Source of the DNA: Hypanus sabinus
Taxonomy: Eukaryota
Reading direction: 5' to 3'
DNA: 64,000 nucleotides
Assembly (NCBI RefSeq): GCF_030144855.1
Contig: NC_082707.1
Span: 176,390,001-176,454,000 of the forward strand
Below are positions 63,623-64,000 of the stretch, in pieces (the stretch's first letter is position 1; each line of letters begins with the position of its first letter). The position numbers and the translations under genes are program-made. The notes under the pieces were generated by a model. It was not told where the DNA came from and did no database searches. It was given only the letters and a program-made list of their open reading frames with translations.

Positions 63623-63802
63623 TCACTCCAGAGGCCATTGGGTTTTTGTCTGCAGTTGGAGTCTTTGTTATCTTGTTGGTAGTTCTATTCCTCTTCATCA
63701 ACAAGAAATTGTGCTTTGGGAAAATTGGTGGCCTCCCATGCCTTGAACTGAAGCGAGAAAAGAAGCGGGCACGGGATAAAGCTGGAATCCACAAGGGCCT
63801 CG
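63623..63802 (+). CDS. SYT16: Internal coding exon of a synaptotagmin-16 (SYT14/16 family) gene, encoding the N-terminal transmembrane segment
   Basis: Polypyrimidine tract and AG acceptor at 63621-63622; G|GTGAGT donor at 63803. The exon is 180 nt, phase 1-1, and translates xTPEAIGFLSAVGVFVILLVVLFLFINKKLCFGKIGGLPCLELKREKKRARDKAGIHKGL. It is homologous to SYT14 VSPEAVGFLSAVGVF..INKKFCF, but TPEAIG, KKLCF and GGLPCLE match my recollection of non-mammalian SYT16. Confidence 0.85.
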
Positions 63803-64000
63803 GTGAGTGCTGCATTTATCTTTTCACAGAGTGCTGAATATCTGCGGGCTTTGTCTTATCTGGAGGACATACAGGAGGTGTAAGGTGAAAGGGCAAATAA
63901 CTGTAGGAGATCTGATGGGCAAATTCCTCCACAGAGAGTGTGGTAGGTATACCAAGCAAACTGCTAGAGGAGGTGGCAGTTGCAAGTTGAACTTCAAGTT

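Noticed and set aside
63541-63837. The whole 98-aa ORF as a single-exon protein
   Set aside because: Homology is confined between strong splice sites at 63623 and 63802; the rest is intron read-through.

Overview
Vertebrate genomic DNA, most likely a cartilaginous fish (ray or shark). The evidence is the repeat content: CR1 and Rex1/Babar LINEs, V-SINE/HE1-like and Deu-type SINEs, and Penelope-derived palindromic repeats. The window is mostly intronic or intergenic repeat landscape. The only host coding sequence I can support is one 180-bp exon (63623-63802, +) encoding the N-terminal transmembrane segment of a SYT14/16-family synaptotagmin, best read as SYT16. A non-repeat CpG-enriched patch at ~35.8-36.6 kb is a candidate promoter. 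The most notable object is a young, structurally full-length Ty3/Gypsy element (22550-27165, -) with 214-bp LTRs differing at 2 sites and a GTCAT TSD. It has no tRNA primer-binding site. Instead, the 16 nt at the PBS position are perfectly complementary to a segment of its own LTR that contains the AATAAA signal, which suggests self-priming. It also has a YLDN RT motif, no chromodomain and an in-frame 72-bp x4 repeat, and a related solo LTR lies 4 kb away. Other points are hammerhead-ribozyme-like cores in Penelope-derived repeats, a ~37-copy 44-bp minisatellite, long near-perfect inverted repeats, nested CR1s and nested MITEs. No prokaryotic system or CRISPR array is present. Family assignments come from motif recognition, not database searches, and boundaries of degraded repeats are approximate.
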